From an uncultured Acidobacteriota bacterium (GTDB taxonomy: Bacteria > Acidobacteriota > Thermoanaerobaculia > Gp7-AA8): DNA of 64,000 bases. The position numbers and the translations under genes are program-made. Position 1 is the first letter of the stretch, and the number at the start of each line of letters is the position of its first letter. The stretch spans positions 64,001 through 128,000 of the forward strand of contig CAWGHO010000002.1 in NCBI GenBank assembly GCA_963822445.1, given 5' to 3'. This document shows, piece after piece, positions 9,876 to 23,111 of this stretch. A model generated the notes under the pieces. That model saw nothing but the letters and a program-made list of their open reading frames with translations, did no database searches and had not been told where the DNA came from.

Positions 9876-10606
9876 GCGACGGCCTCGATCTTCGCGCGCG
9901 GCGAATTCTTGATGGTGAACAGGTACGCGTCTTCGAGCGTCGGCTGGCCAGCCTCGCGCATCAAAGCCTCGGGCGTCGCCAGCGCGACGAGCGAGCCTTC
10001 TTTCATGATGGCGATCTCGGTCGCGATCGACTCGACGTCCGAGACGATGTGCGTGGAGAGAATGACCAGCCGGCCCATGCCGAGATCGGAGAGCACGTTG
10101 CGGAAGCGGACGCGCTCTTCGGGATCGAGGCCGGCCGTGGGCTCGTCGACGATGACCAGATCGGGGTCGTTGACGAGAGCCTGGGCGATGCCGAGGCGCT
10201 GCTTCATGCCGCCGGAGAACCCGCCGACCGCGCGATTCGCGGCGTGATGGAGGTTCACCATCTCCAGCATTTCCTGGATCTTCGATTTGCTGCGCACGCC
10301 TTTGAGCGCGGCGAAGTAGCTGAGGAACTCGTGCGCGGTGAGGTTGTCGTAGACGCCGAAGTCCTGCGGCAGGTAGCCGAGGCGGTGGCGAAGCTCGTCG
10401 GGGTTGGCGATGACGTCGGTGTCGCGGAAGAAAATCCGGCCTGCGGTGGGCTTGGTGACCGTGGCGATCATCTGCATGAGCGTGGTTTTGCCGGCGCCGT
10501 TCGGGCCGAGGAGACCGAGGACGCCGCCTTTGACGGTCAGGGAGAGATCGCGAACGCCGTAAATACCGGAGCGGAACCGCTTGGAGACGGATTCGATGCG
10601 CAACAT
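9872..10606 (-). CDS. ABC transporter ATP-binding protein (exporter type)
   Basis: GPNGAGKTT, FSGGMKQR, IVDEPTAGLDP, STHIV. Confidence 0.93.
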   Translation of the reverse strand: MLRIESVSKRFRSGIYGVRDLSLTVKGGVLGLLGPNGAGKTTLMQMIATVTKPTAGRIFFRDTDVIANPDELRHRLGYLPQDFGVYDNLTAHEFLSYFAALKGVRSKSKIQEMLEMVNLHHAANRAVGGFSGGMKQRLGIAQALVNDPDLVIVDEPTAGLDPEERVRFRNVLSDLGMGRLVILSTHIVSDVESIATEIAIMKEGSLVALATPEALMREAGQPTLEDAYLFTIKNSPRAKIEAVA

Positions 10607-10638
10607 GGGCGAGGTATACGGGGTGGCTGAAACGAAGT

Positions 10639-10727
10639 TCTGGAGTGCGGTAGCACAGCTACCGCTCTGGCTTGCGGCGGCATGGCCGCCGCGATTGAGA
10701 GCGGCAGCTTTGCTGCCGCAGTCCAGA
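10639..10727. repeat. REP-like composite palindrome (TGGAGTGCGG family)
   Basis: TCTGGAGTGCGG...CCGCAGTCCAGA outer arms enclosing three short hairpins; related copy at 42511-42610. Confidence 0.7.
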
Positions 10728-10735
10728 GCTTCGCT

Positions 10736-10933
10736 TCAATGCGTCGATTTCAAGCGCTTCACCAACCGCTCGTGCTCGGCCTCGATCGCCCGAAGCTTCA
10801 TCGCCAGCCGCCGCCTTTCGGTCTCGATCAGCGCGCCGCCGAGCTCGGAGAGTTGCGTGCGCAGCGAGCTCACCGAGTCGCCGATGACGGACAGTTGCAG
10901 CAGAAGCGTGTCGCGGGAAGATTGGAAGGGCAT
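10736..10933 (-). CDS. Small hypothetical coiled-coil protein
   Basis: 65-aa helical heptad ORF (MPFQSSRDTLLLQLS...LKSTH), divergent from crp; start uncertain. Confidence 0.55.
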   Translation of the reverse strand: MPFQSSRDTLLLQLSVIGDSVSSLRTQLSELGGALIETERRRLAMKLRAIEAEHERLVKRLKSTH

Positions 10934-11017
10934 CTGCCGCGAATTCTGCGGGAATTGCGGCATTCGATCTTTTCGCTAGCGTAAAGAAAAGGCTCGAAAA
11001 TCGCACATTCTTCGGCC

Positions 11018-11707
11018 GTGTTCGAGAACCAGCTCCTGAAGCGATTTTCGGCCGCGACGCAGGACCGGATGCGTCCGCATCTGCGCGAGATCAAGCCCGC
11101 CCTCGGCGCCGTTCTGCTCGAGCAGGACACCCACTGCCACTACGGCTACTTTCCGCTTCACGGCGGCGTGGTCTCCATGACCCGCCAGGTCGAGGACGGC
11201 ACGATGATCGAGGTCGGCGTGATCGGCTTCGAGGGATTCGCCGGAATCTCAACCCTCCTCGATCCGCGCCGGCAGCTCGATCGCGGCCTGGTGCAGGGCG
11301 ACGGCGGGTTCGTCGAGATTCCCATCGCCTTCCTGCGCGATGAGATCGGCCGCGACGCCGAGCTGCGGGAGCTGATGTTCCGCTACACGGCCGCGTTTCT
11401 GATGCAGGTCGCGCAGACCGCGCTCTGCAATCGCCTGCACAACGTCCAGCAGCGCTTCGCCCGGTGGATCCTGATGATGCACGACCGCCTCGGCGGCGAC
11501 GACCTGCGCATCACCCAGGAGTTCCTCGCGCACATGCTCGGCGTACGGACCGCCGGCGTGAACGAAGCGATTCGCGATGCGGAAGCGGCCGGGCTGATCG
11601 AGCACGGACGCCAGCGGGTGACGGTGCTCGACCGGAAGGGTCTCGAGGCGAAAGCCTGCGAGTGCTACGCGGCGGTGAAGGAAGAGTTCGACCGCGTCAC
11701 TTCTTGA
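11018..11707 (+). CDS. Crp/Fnr family transcriptional regulator
   Basis: EVGVIGFEG, CNRLH..QRFARW, ITQEFLAHMLGVR HTH, C-terminal ACECY. Confidence 0.92.
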   Translation: MFENQLLKRFSAATQDRMRPHLREIKPALGAVLLEQDTHCHYGYFPLHGGVVSMTRQVEDGTMIEVGVIGFEGFAGISTLLDPRRQLDRGLVQGDGGFVEIPIAFLRDEIGRDAELRELMFRYTAAFLMQVAQTALCNRLHNVQQRFARWILMMHDRLGGDDLRITQEFLAHMLGVRTAGVNEAIRDAEAAGLIEHGRQRVTVLDRKGLEAKACECYAAVKEEFDRVTS

Positions 11708-12689
11708 TCGGCAGCCGCACCATTCCCGTGCCGTCGACCACCGAGGACGGCCGCGCGACATGCGCATGGGCGGCGTTGTTGTTGCCGCGGGTGCGCTTGG
11801 CGATCGGAAGGCGGGTGTAGACCTGCGTCGAAAGGATCGACGCGTGGCCGAGAATCTCCTGAATCTCCCTGATGTCGGTGCCGGAGCTGACCAGCAGAGC
11901 CGCCATGGTGTGCCGCAGCGAATGCGGCGTCACGTGCCGTTTGATCTCGGCCAGGCGGACGTGCTTCTTGAAGATGTTCTCGATCGAATAGATGGTGAGG
12001 CGGGTTCCCGAGCGTCCGACGAAAAGCGCCGGCGTGGAGAGCGTCCGCTCACTGCGAAGGTCGAGGTACTGGCGGACGGACTCGAGAACCACGTCCGAGC
12101 CGAGCATGACCAGGCGTCCGCGGGTGGCGCGGCCGGTGATCTGAATCTGGCCCTTGTCGAGGTCGACGTCGCCGATGTTCAGCGCGACGAGCTCGCCGAT
12201 GCGGATGCCCGTCGAGAAGAGAAGCTCGAGGATCACGTTGTCGCGAACCGCGCAGAAGTAACGGTTGCGGCTGCCAGCGGAATGATCGCGGACCGCGGAG
12301 AGCTCGGCGACCTGTTCCTTCGGCGCGGCGAGAAGCGCGCGAACTTCGCGAGTGGAGAGCACGGTCGGAACGCGGTTCTCGACCGGCTTCTTGATCTTCA
12401 ACCGGCGGGCGGGCGACTCGCTGACGATGCCCTGCTCCTCGAGGAACCGGAAGAAGACCTTGATCGCCGCGACCTTGCGGCGGATCGATGTATCGCGGTA
12501 CGGGCCCCCGTCCAGTTTCTGCAGGTAGCCTTCGAGGTGTTCGGGCGTGACCTCGATGGCAAGCGTATCGCTCATGTGGATGTGGAACTGAGCGAGGTCC
12601 GACTGGTAGGCGCGAAGTGTCCGATCTGACAAATTTCGAACGCTTTGGCCGTGCTCGAGGAATTGGGCTATCGCCTGCTGCACGTTCAT
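11697..12689 (-). CDS. XerC/XerD-like tyrosine recombinase with an atypical GKG->GRA loop
   Basis: N-terminal LSDRTLRAY..DL..F, TGIRIGEL, TPHSLRH, LGHASILSTQVYT. ATG 12689 lies downstream of a sigma70-like promoter. Confidence 0.88.
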   Translation of the reverse strand: MNVQQAIAQFLEHGQSVRNLSDRTLRAYQSDLAQFHIHMSDTLAIEVTPEHLEGYLQKLDGGPYRDTSIRRKVAAIKVFFRFLEEQGIVSESPARRLKIKKPVENRVPTVLSTREVRALLAAPKEQVAELSAVRDHSAGSRNRYFCAVRDNVILELLFSTGIRIGELVALNIGDVDLDKGQIQITGRATRGRLVMLGSDVVLESVRQYLDLRSERTLSTPALFVGRSGTRLTIYSIENIFKKHVRLAEIKRHVTPHSLRHTMAALLVSSGTDIREIQEILGHASILSTQVYTRLPIAKRTRGNNNAAHAHVARPSSVVDGTGMVRLPIKK

Positions 12690-12736
12690 AGTCACGTCAC
12701 TTATTGAGTTGAATTTGCTGGGTGGGGCCGAGTCGA

Positions 12737-12764
12737 AGTTTAGCGGGCGCCCGAAGGATGTCAA
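12737..12764 (-). promoter_or_regulatory. Sigma70-type promoter of the Xer-like gene
   Basis: TTGACA-16 nt-TAAACT on the minus strand. Confidence 0.6.
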
Positions 12765-12828
12765 GAAATTATTTGGTGGATGGAATATGCTGTAAAAGCA
12801 TTGCAGTCCACCAGTTAGCCACGACCCG

Positions 12829-13206
12829 ATGCGCGGACTTCGCCTTTTTGTGCGTCCCATCGACTCCGCGGATCACGCGGCGATCGGTAGATTTTTCGAG
12901 CTTCAGCAGCTCGCGACGCCCTCCCCCCCGGCCTTCGGCCTGGTCGGAAAGCTCCTCGGCGACATCGTCGCGGTGGCCGCCATCGACCTCACCCCGGACG
13001 CCATCCGCATCGACGACATCATCGTGGCGCGCGATCTGCGAAAGAAGCGGATCGGGCGCGTGATGATGCGCGAGATCGAGCAGCTCGCGGCGAAGATGGA
13101 TCGAAGCCGCGTGGTGGTCGAGGACGCCCGCGACGCACACGAATTTTTCCGCCACGTTGGATTCCGGATCGAGGGGGAGCGATGGGTAAGGGACGTTTCG
13201 CAGTAA
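12829..13206 (+). CDS. GNAT family N-acetyltransferase
   Basis: Motif A IVARDLRKKRIGRVMM; AHEFFRHVGF. Confidence 0.8.
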   Translation: MRGLRLFVRPIDSADHAAIGRFFELQQLATPSPPAFGLVGKLLGDIVAVAAIDLTPDAIRIDDIIVARDLRKKRIGRVMMREIEQLAAKMDRSRVVVEDARDAHEFFRHVGFRIEGERWVRDVSQ

Positions 13207-15239
13207 TCGGTCTGGCGGTGATGCTCGCGGCATGCGCGAAACCTCCAGCCACCACGCCGCCACCCTCCCCTGCTCCGGCGGCGGTGATCGTCGAAACGCC
13301 ACGCGCGCCTCAAACTCCTCGCGACATCGCCCGTGACGCCCTCGCGCTCTTCGACGCGAAAAAGTACGACGACGCCGTTCCCGCGCTGAGCGAAGCCGCG
13401 GTTGCGTATCCGGAAGTTGCGCCGTTCCTGCGGTTGCGCGTGGCCGAAGCGGAAGTGGAACGCGGAAACGTGCAGAACGCCGCGACGATCCTCACGGAGA
13501 TCGCCGCGCTCGGCGATACGTCGGCGGCGACGGTCGCGCGGTTGCGACTCCCCGGGGTGCTCGCGCGAACCGGTGATGCGACTGCGACGGACGCCGCATG
13601 GCAGCAGGCCATGCAGGTCGCGATCGATGAGCTGACCGAATCGGATTTCACGTCCATGGCCACCGCGCTCGCGAACGCCGGCCGCGCCGATCTTGCGACG
13701 CGCACGCGGATGCGCCTTGTCAACGACTACACCTCCGGCCGGTTCACCGAGGAAACGTACGACCACTTGCGGGCGGAGATCGAGAAACTGCCGGCCGCGG
13801 AGCAGCTCGCCATCGGCGCGAAGCTCGCGCGAGCGAACCGGTACGACCAGGCCCTGGAGATCCTCAATCGCGTCGGCGCGGGCCCAGAAGCGCGGGCGAC
13901 GCGGATTCGCGCGCTGTTCAACTCGCGGAACTACACGCAACTGCTCGCGGAAACGCCGGTCGGAACGCTGACCGATCCCGCGCTGATCCTTCTTCGCGCC
14001 CGCGCGGCGTGGCGCGACGACCTGCCCGAGGAGATGCTCGCCGGAGTCGCGCGGATCGAGACGGAATTTCCGTCCAGCCCGCAGCTGGCCGAGGCGAAGG
14101 TGATGCGGTCGAAGTACTACGTGACCGACGTCGTCGATTACCCGAAAGCCATCGCCGACCTCACCAGCGCCATCGAAGCGGGCGCCGTCGGAAGCGACGG
14201 CGAGAACATCTGGAACCTCGGCTACACCTACACCCTGTGGGGCAAGTACGAAGACGCGCTCACGGTGTACGACCGCTACATCCGCTCGTATCCGGACGGC
14301 GACTGGAAAACGAACTCGCTGTTCTGGTCGGCGAAGATCCTCGACAACTTGGGCCGCCCCGCGGAACGGGATGCGAAGGCGGCGCAGATCGTCGCCGAGT
14401 ATCCGCACAGTTACTACGCGTATCGCGTGAAGGAGCTGTGGCCGTCCGTTGCCGGGACGCCGCTGGCCGCGTCGAATGTGTTTCCCGACGTCGGAGCGGA
14501 GCTCGCGAAGATTACCGATCCACGATTCTCGACCGTGCGCGCGCTGCTCGACGTCGGCCTCAATCGCGCCGCCGCGCGGGAAATGAAGCTTCTGGCCACG
14601 AAGTACGCGGACAACCTCGGCGTGCAGTACATGCTGGCCGACGTCTACGTGCAGGGCGGCGAGCCGTTCAAGGCCAACGGCGTACTGCAGCGCCAGTTCC
14701 GGCCGTTCATCCGCCACGGCGGGACGAACGTGCCGCCGCGGTTCTGGCAGATCCTCTATCCGCTCGCGTACTGGGAGACGATCCAGAGCGAGGCCCAGCG
14801 CCGGTCGCTCGACCCGTATCTCGTTGCTTCGGTAATCCGGCAGGAGAGCGGCTTCGAGCCTTCGACCGTTTCGAACGCGGGCGCGGTCGGGCTGATGCAG
14901 ATCATGCCCGCCGAGGCGTCGCGGATCGCCGAGGTGGGTGGGCTGGAGATGGTGACGCGGCAGGACCTGTTCGATCCGCGGAAGAACATCGCCGTCGGCG
15001 CCGCGGAGTTCCGCCAGAAACTCGATGCCTGGAACGGTAATCGCGTGCTGGCCATCGCCTCGTACAACGCCGGGGAGGAGCCCGTGAAGGGATGGATTGC
15101 CCGGACGCCGCTCGACGACATCGACCTGTTCATCGAGTCGATTCCCTTCGCGGAGACAAGGCTTTACGTGAAGACGGTGACGCGGAACCGGTCGGAGTAT
15201 CAGCGGATTTACGAGGGGGCCGCGACGCCCGCCCCGTGA
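13182..15239 (+). CDS. slt: Soluble lytic transglycosylase (Slt70-like) lipoprotein with TPR repeats
   Basis: Lipobox LAAC; SLT motifs IRQESGF, AVGLMQIMP, ASYNAG, ETRLYV. Confidence 0.88.
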   Translation: MGKGRFAVIGLAVMLAACAKPPATTPPPSPAPAAVIVETPRAPQTPRDIARDALALFDAKKYDDAVPALSEAAVAYPEVAPFLRLRVAEAEVERGNVQNAATILTEIAALGDTSAATVARLRLPGVLARTGDATATDAAWQQAMQVAIDELTESDFTSMATALANAGRADLATRTRMRLVNDYTSGRFTEETYDHLRAEIEKLPAAEQLAIGAKLARANRYDQALEILNRVGAGPEARATRIRALFNSRNYTQLLAETPVGTLTDPALILLRARAAWRDDLPEEMLAGVARIETEFPSSPQLAEAKVMRSKYYVTDVVDYPKAIADLTSAIEAGAVGSDGENIWNLGYTYTLWGKYEDALTVYDRYIRSYPDGDWKTNSLFWSAKILDNLGRPAERDAKAAQIVAEYPHSYYAYRVKELWPSVAGTPLAASNVFPDVGAELAKITDPRFSTVRALLDVGLNRAAAREMKLLATKYADNLGVQYMLADVYVQGGEPFKANGVLQRQFRPFIRHGGTNVPPRFWQILYPLAYWETIQSEAQRRSLDPYLVASVIRQESGFEPSTVSNAGAVGLMQIMPAEASRIAEVGGLEMVTRQDLFDPRKNIAVGAAEFRQKLDAWNGNRVLAIASYNAGEEPVKGWIARTPLDDIDLFIESIPFAETRLYVKTVTRNRSEYQRIYEGAATPAP

Positions 15240-15308
15240 TCGCGCTCACAGTTATTGAGCGACCTGGCACGCCGTTTGGGTGGGCCTGACGTTCATGAAG
15301 GTGTAGTC

Positions 15309-16704
15309 ATGAACGCAACAAAGTTCGCCGTTCTGGTGTTGGTCACCTCCCTTCTCGCTACTTCTGCAGCCGCAACCACCCAACTGGTTCTCGACCGCGA
15401 CGCTCGGCAGAGTCCCGACATTCAGTACAGCGGCGTCGTCGACCTGGCCATCAATCCCGGATTCGACAACGCCAAAGTCTCCGTCGTCGTGGATGGCCAG
15501 AAAATCGTCGACGGCCTTCTGTCGCCGTATCACGTGATCGTCGACTTCGGGCCAACGGCGGTGCAGCACAAGATCACCGTCACGGCCACGGCGCCGAACG
15601 GCAAGCGGACGCAGTGGAGCGAGACCGTGAACCGCGGCTACCTTCCGCTGTCGCTCAAGGTGAAGTCCGTCGATGCCGAAGCCCGCCTCTTCGAAGCGGA
15701 GACGACGTCGCCGAAAGACGATCCGATCGAAGTCGTGCAGCTCTGGGAGAACGGCCAGGTCATCGCCACCGTGAATGAAGCGCCGTATCGCTTCACCGTT
15801 CCGGAATCAGTCGCCGCGTCCGGATTCGTGCAGATCACCGCGAAGACGAAGTCCGGCGACGAGGCGGCGGACTTCTGGTCGGCCGCGGGAAACGTGCACA
15901 GCGAAGAGCTGCAGGTGCGAACCGTGCCGATCTTCGTATCGGTCGTCGATCGCAACGGCAACACCCGCACGGACGTTGATCGCTCCCAGTTCCGGATCAT
16001 GGACGAAGCAGCGGAAGGAAGGATCATCGAGTTCGGCAAGGCGTTCGATCAGCCGATCTCCATCGCCCTCGTCCTCGACGCCTCGGCCAGCATGATGTAT
16101 TCGATGAAGCACGCCACGAGGGCCGCGGCGGACTTCGTCGCCAGCGCGCTGAAGGACGGCGATCGCTGCAGCGTCACCGCGGTGCAGGACGTGCCCCGCC
16201 GCAAACAACCGCTGACCGCCGACCGCGCCGCGGTGGCGAAAGCGCTCAACGGCATTCAGCCCGATGGCCGCACCGCGTTGTATGACGCCGTGGCCAGCGC
16301 GATTCGCGAGTTGCGCGAGGAGAAGAGCCGCCGCGCGATCGTGATCCTCACCGACGGAAGCGACACCGCTTCGACCTGGTCGTATCGACGAGGTCCAGAA
16401 GCTGGCCCGCGAGGCCGCGATCCCGCTGTACTTCATCGCCTACGAAGGCGGCGAGGAGGAGCTGCACCGCAAGCTCGATCGCCTTCGCTACCTCGCCGCC
16501 GAGACAGGCGGCTTCGTCGCCACCGCCACGCAGCAGAACCTCCTCGCGAAGTACACGGACATCGAGAAGGACCTCCGCGCGCAGTTCGCGATCACCTACC
16601 AGGTATCCGATTTCGCGAAGACGAACCAGTACCGGCGGGTGCGGGTGATGATCGATTCGCCGAAGCTGAGCGCGCGGACGATCAAGGGCTACTTCACGCC
16701 GTAG
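15309..16704 (+). CDS. Secreted VWA-domain protein (acidobacterial VWFA-related), one +1 frameshift near 16386
   Basis: Signal peptide, MIDAS LDASASM, TALYDA, ILTDGSD. After the extra base the frame continues DEVQKLAREAAIPLY...ETGG...RTIKGYFTP*. Confidence 0.82.
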
Positions 16705-16724
16705 CGGCGATAAGACTCCGCCTC

Positions 16725-20132
<3,408 letters not shown>

Positions 20133-20133
20133 C

Positions 20134-21096
20134 TCAGAATCCGCCGTCGATCTCGTCGAGATCCTCCGGGGTCAGGATGCCGCTGCCGATCGACACCCAG
20201 CCGTCGCCGGTGATGTTGTCCTGGCTCGTGCCGTAAGCAACCCACGGTGCCGTGCCGTCATCGACAGTGATCTCGATGACCAGGTTTCCATAATTCCCCG
20301 CAGGGATGGCTTGGTGGATCATTCCACCCGCAGGAACGGTGATCGTCAACGAGTTCTGCGCGGTCTCGCCGAGGAAGTCGACCTCGAAGGTATGGTCGAC
20401 GTCGTCGATGTTGACGATCCCGTAGTTCGACCGGTACGCCGTGTCGTGCCGCAGGCCCATGATCGAGGCCGTTTCGAAAATGTAGAAGCTGAACGGATCG
20501 ACCGGCTCGAACGGCTGCGACACGGTGCCGGTGGCGCCGGGCTGGTTCGTCCAGATTCGCGAAAAACCATCCAGCGATGCGCCGTTGAAGTCCGGCTCGC
20601 CGTCGTGATCGACCGGAACGATCAGAATCGATCCGAGCTGCCCTTCGATGTGCAGGATCGTTCCGACGAAGTCGGTGATCGTGTAGTAGGTCTCGGGATC
20701 GAGGTCCATCTGGATCGTAGGCGGATCATCCGTATCAGCGCCATTCCGCAGCCAGATTACGAGCACATGCGCATGGTCGACGGCGTTGTTGCTGATGAGC
20801 GTGACGTCGGACCGGAAGAACTCTCCGTTCGCGCCGCGCGCGTTACCGGCCACGGGAAACAGCAGCAGGCGTGAGCTGCGCATGTCGCCGATGGTGTTGG
20901 CGCCCGGACGGAAACGGTCGCGAATCGATTCGCCAGTCGCCGCCTCGTACTTCGCCATGATGCGCGCGAAGCGCCCCGGCTCACTGGGCAGTTGCCGAAC
21001 CTGATCTACGGACGTCTTGTATTTCCGCGCTTTGGGCGCGGCGAGAACGGGCAACGTCACGAGGAGTGCGAGAGAGAGCGTTAAAAGACGTTTCAT
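20134..21096 (-). CDS. Secreted hypothetical protein (paralog A)
   Basis: Signal peptide; FPVAGNARGANGEFFRSDVT, RSNYGIVN, DNITGDGWVSI. Confidence 0.8.
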   Translation of the reverse strand: MKRLLTLSLALLVTLPVLAAPKARKYKTSVDQVRQLPSEPGRFARIMAKYEAATGESIRDRFRPGANTIGDMRSSRLLLFPVAGNARGANGEFFRSDVTLISNNAVDHAHVLVIWLRNGADTDDPPTIQMDLDPETYYTITDFVGTILHIEGQLGSILIVPVDHDGEPDFNGASLDGFSRIWTNQPGATGTVSQPFEPVDPFSFYIFETASIMGLRHDTAYRSNYGIVNIDDVDHTFEVDFLGETAQNSLTITVPAGGMIHQAIPAGNYGNLVIEITVDDGTAPWVAYGTSQDNITGDGWVSIGSGILTPEDLDEIDGGF

Positions 21097-21136
21097 AGTC
21101 GCGGATTGTCACTCGCTTCCCGGTCCTGCCGCAATG

Positions 21137-22114
21137 TCAGTGCGGCAAACTCGCAGTGTCGAGGTCGTCGTCATCCCAGGCCTGCGCCGCGATCGAGACC
21201 CAGCCGTCATTACTGATGTTGTTGTTGCTGGTCGCGTAAGCGGTCCAGGCGTGGGTGTCGCCGGGCACGTCCGTATCCACCGAGACCAGCAGGCTGAAGT
21301 TTCCGTGCTCGCCCGCCGGTAGCGATCGCTGAATCATGCTCCCGGCTGGAATCTCGACGACGTCGACCTCCGCTACCAGAGCGTCCTCCGTGTACACCCA
21401 GACCCGGAACACCAGATCGTCCTCCTCGGACAGGTTGACGATGCCGTAGTTCGTCCGATGGCCGGCGTCCTGACGGAGGCCGAGGATGATCGCCTCGTAC
21501 TCCCCCTGCAGATGATTCAGGTCGACCGCGGGGAACGGGAACGAAACGATGCCGGCGGCGTTCGGTTGCGGGGACCAGATTCTCGAGTAGATGTCGATCG
21601 CCGCGTTCGGATCGAAGTCATCGTTGGCGAATGGCAGAAACACCAGACTACCCAGGCCCGACAGGCCAAGACCTTCGCCGACGAAGTCTTCAAAGGTGAA
21701 TGGAGGCGTGGAGCCGGGAATGGTCACGAACGCGACTTCGAAAGCGTCCGGATCGGCGCCGTTGGGGAACCAGACCGCGGCTACGTCCTGATCGGCGTCG
21801 TTGTAATTCACGAACGTGATGTCGGAGCGGTAGAACGTCCCGTTCGCGCCGCGCACACTGCCCGCGGACGGGATGACCAATTGACGGGCGGAGCGGTTGA
21901 CGATGACCGCCGAAGCGCTGACACCGCCGCGCTCATTCGCTTCCCGCGCCTGGCGAAGCAAGCGCTTCACCCATGCCGCAGAGCGGTCCACTTTCTTCAC
22001 TTCGACCTTCGCGCCATCGCGCCGGAAACGGGTTGGTGCCGCGCGATGGTTCGCCGCTACGACAGGAATCGACAACAACGAAAACAGCACGAGAGCAGAT
22101 GCGATTTTCCTCAT
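21137..22114 (-). CDS. Secreted hypothetical protein (paralog B)
   Basis: Start MRKIASALVLF after a GGAGGA SD; IPSAGSVRGANGTFYRSDIT, RTNYGIVN, NNISNDGWVSI. Confidence 0.8.
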   Translation of the reverse strand: MRKIASALVLFSLLSIPVVAANHRAAPTRFRRDGAKVEVKKVDRSAAWVKRLLRQAREANERGGVSASAVIVNRSARQLVIPSAGSVRGANGTFYRSDITFVNYNDADQDVAAVWFPNGADPDAFEVAFVTIPGSTPPFTFEDFVGEGLGLSGLGSLVFLPFANDDFDPNAAIDIYSRIWSPQPNAAGIVSFPFPAVDLNHLQGEYEAIILGLRQDAGHRTNYGIVNLSEEDDLVFRVWVYTEDALVAEVDVVEIPAGSMIQRSLPAGEHGNFSLLVSVDTDVPGDTHAWTAYATSNNNISNDGWVSIAAQAWDDDDLDTASLPH

Positions 22115-22159
22115 CCTTCTTCCTCCGGTCGTTTTTGCTACACTCCGCGAGCCCCGCCC

Positions 22160-23059
22160 ATGGTCTCCCGCCGCGTTGCAACCCTGTTGATCGTCACGCT
22201 GCCTGTGCTCTTCGCGTGCAAGCGCGAAGCCGCCACGCCGCCCGACGTCGTGGTGCGCGTAAACGAGCGGATGCTCACCCTGGCGGACTTCAAACGGTAC
22301 CTGCTGCGCAACGCCGGAACCGACCTCGCCCAGCTCACACCCGAGGTGGCCAGCGCGATGCTCGACCAGTTCGTCGATGAGATCGTGGTATCCGAGTACG
22401 CCGCGTCGCGCGGAGTGGAAGTTCCTTCCGAAAAAATCACGGAAGCGGTGCGGACCGAGGCCGGCGTGACCGTCGTGGAAAAACGCGATGAGATGCGGCG
22501 GGAGAAGCTTCTCGCGAACCTCGCCGCCCAGGTCCCCGAGCCCAGCGACACGACCGTGCAGGCGTACTACGAGCAGCACCAGAACGACTTCCGCAGCGGC
22601 GAAGAGGTTCGCGTGCGGCAGATCCTGGTCAACGACGAGGCCCTGGCCAACGACATCGTGAAAAAGCTCAAGGCCGGGGCGGATTTCGCGGAGCTGTCCG
22701 CCCTCCATTCCAGAGCCGCGAACGCGAAGCGGGGCGGCGAGATCGGCTTCGTGAGCCGGGAAGACCTCCCCAAGATGTTCGCCGACGAGATCCTGAGCCT
22801 CGGTGCCGGCGAGATCAGCGACGTCATCCGTACCGACTCCACCTTTCATATCTTCCGCGTCGAGGAGCGCCGCCCCGCCGGCACCCTCGGCCCCGAAGCG
22901 GCCGCCCCGCTCATCCACGGCCGCCTCAAGGAGGACGCCATCCGGGAGCAGCTCGCCCAGATCGTCGCCCGCAGCCGCCAGGACATGAAAATCGCCGTTC
23001 TGACCCGCCGGCTGCCGTTCCGGTACAGCGGCGGCCTCAGGAAAGAGGAAGCTGAATAA
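22160..23059 (+). CDS. Parvulin-type peptidyl-prolyl isomerase lipoprotein
   Basis: Lipobox LFAC; RVRQILV, DFAELS..HS, GGEIGF, ISDVIRTDSTFHI. Confidence 0.85.
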   Translation: MVSRRVATLLIVTLPVLFACKREAATPPDVVVRVNERMLTLADFKRYLLRNAGTDLAQLTPEVASAMLDQFVDEIVVSEYAASRGVEVPSEKITEAVRTEAGVTVVEKRDEMRREKLLANLAAQVPEPSDTTVQAYYEQHQNDFRSGEEVRVRQILVNDEALANDIVKKLKAGADFAELSALHSRAANAKRGGEIGFVSREDLPKMFADEILSLGAGEISDVIRTDSTFHIFRVEERRPAGTLGPEAAAPLIHGRLKEDAIREQLAQIVARSRQDMKIAVLTRRLPFRYSGGLRKEEAE

Positions 23060-23111
23060 ATCCGTCGCCGGAACCTGTTCTGCCGGCTGCACGTCTCAGG
23101 AATCGCAAATC

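Noticed and set aside
11697-12830. Xer-like gene as a prophage/ICE or integron integrase; dif site nearby
   Set aside because: There are no phage or conjugation genes, no attC-like cassette array and no recognisable dif consensus.
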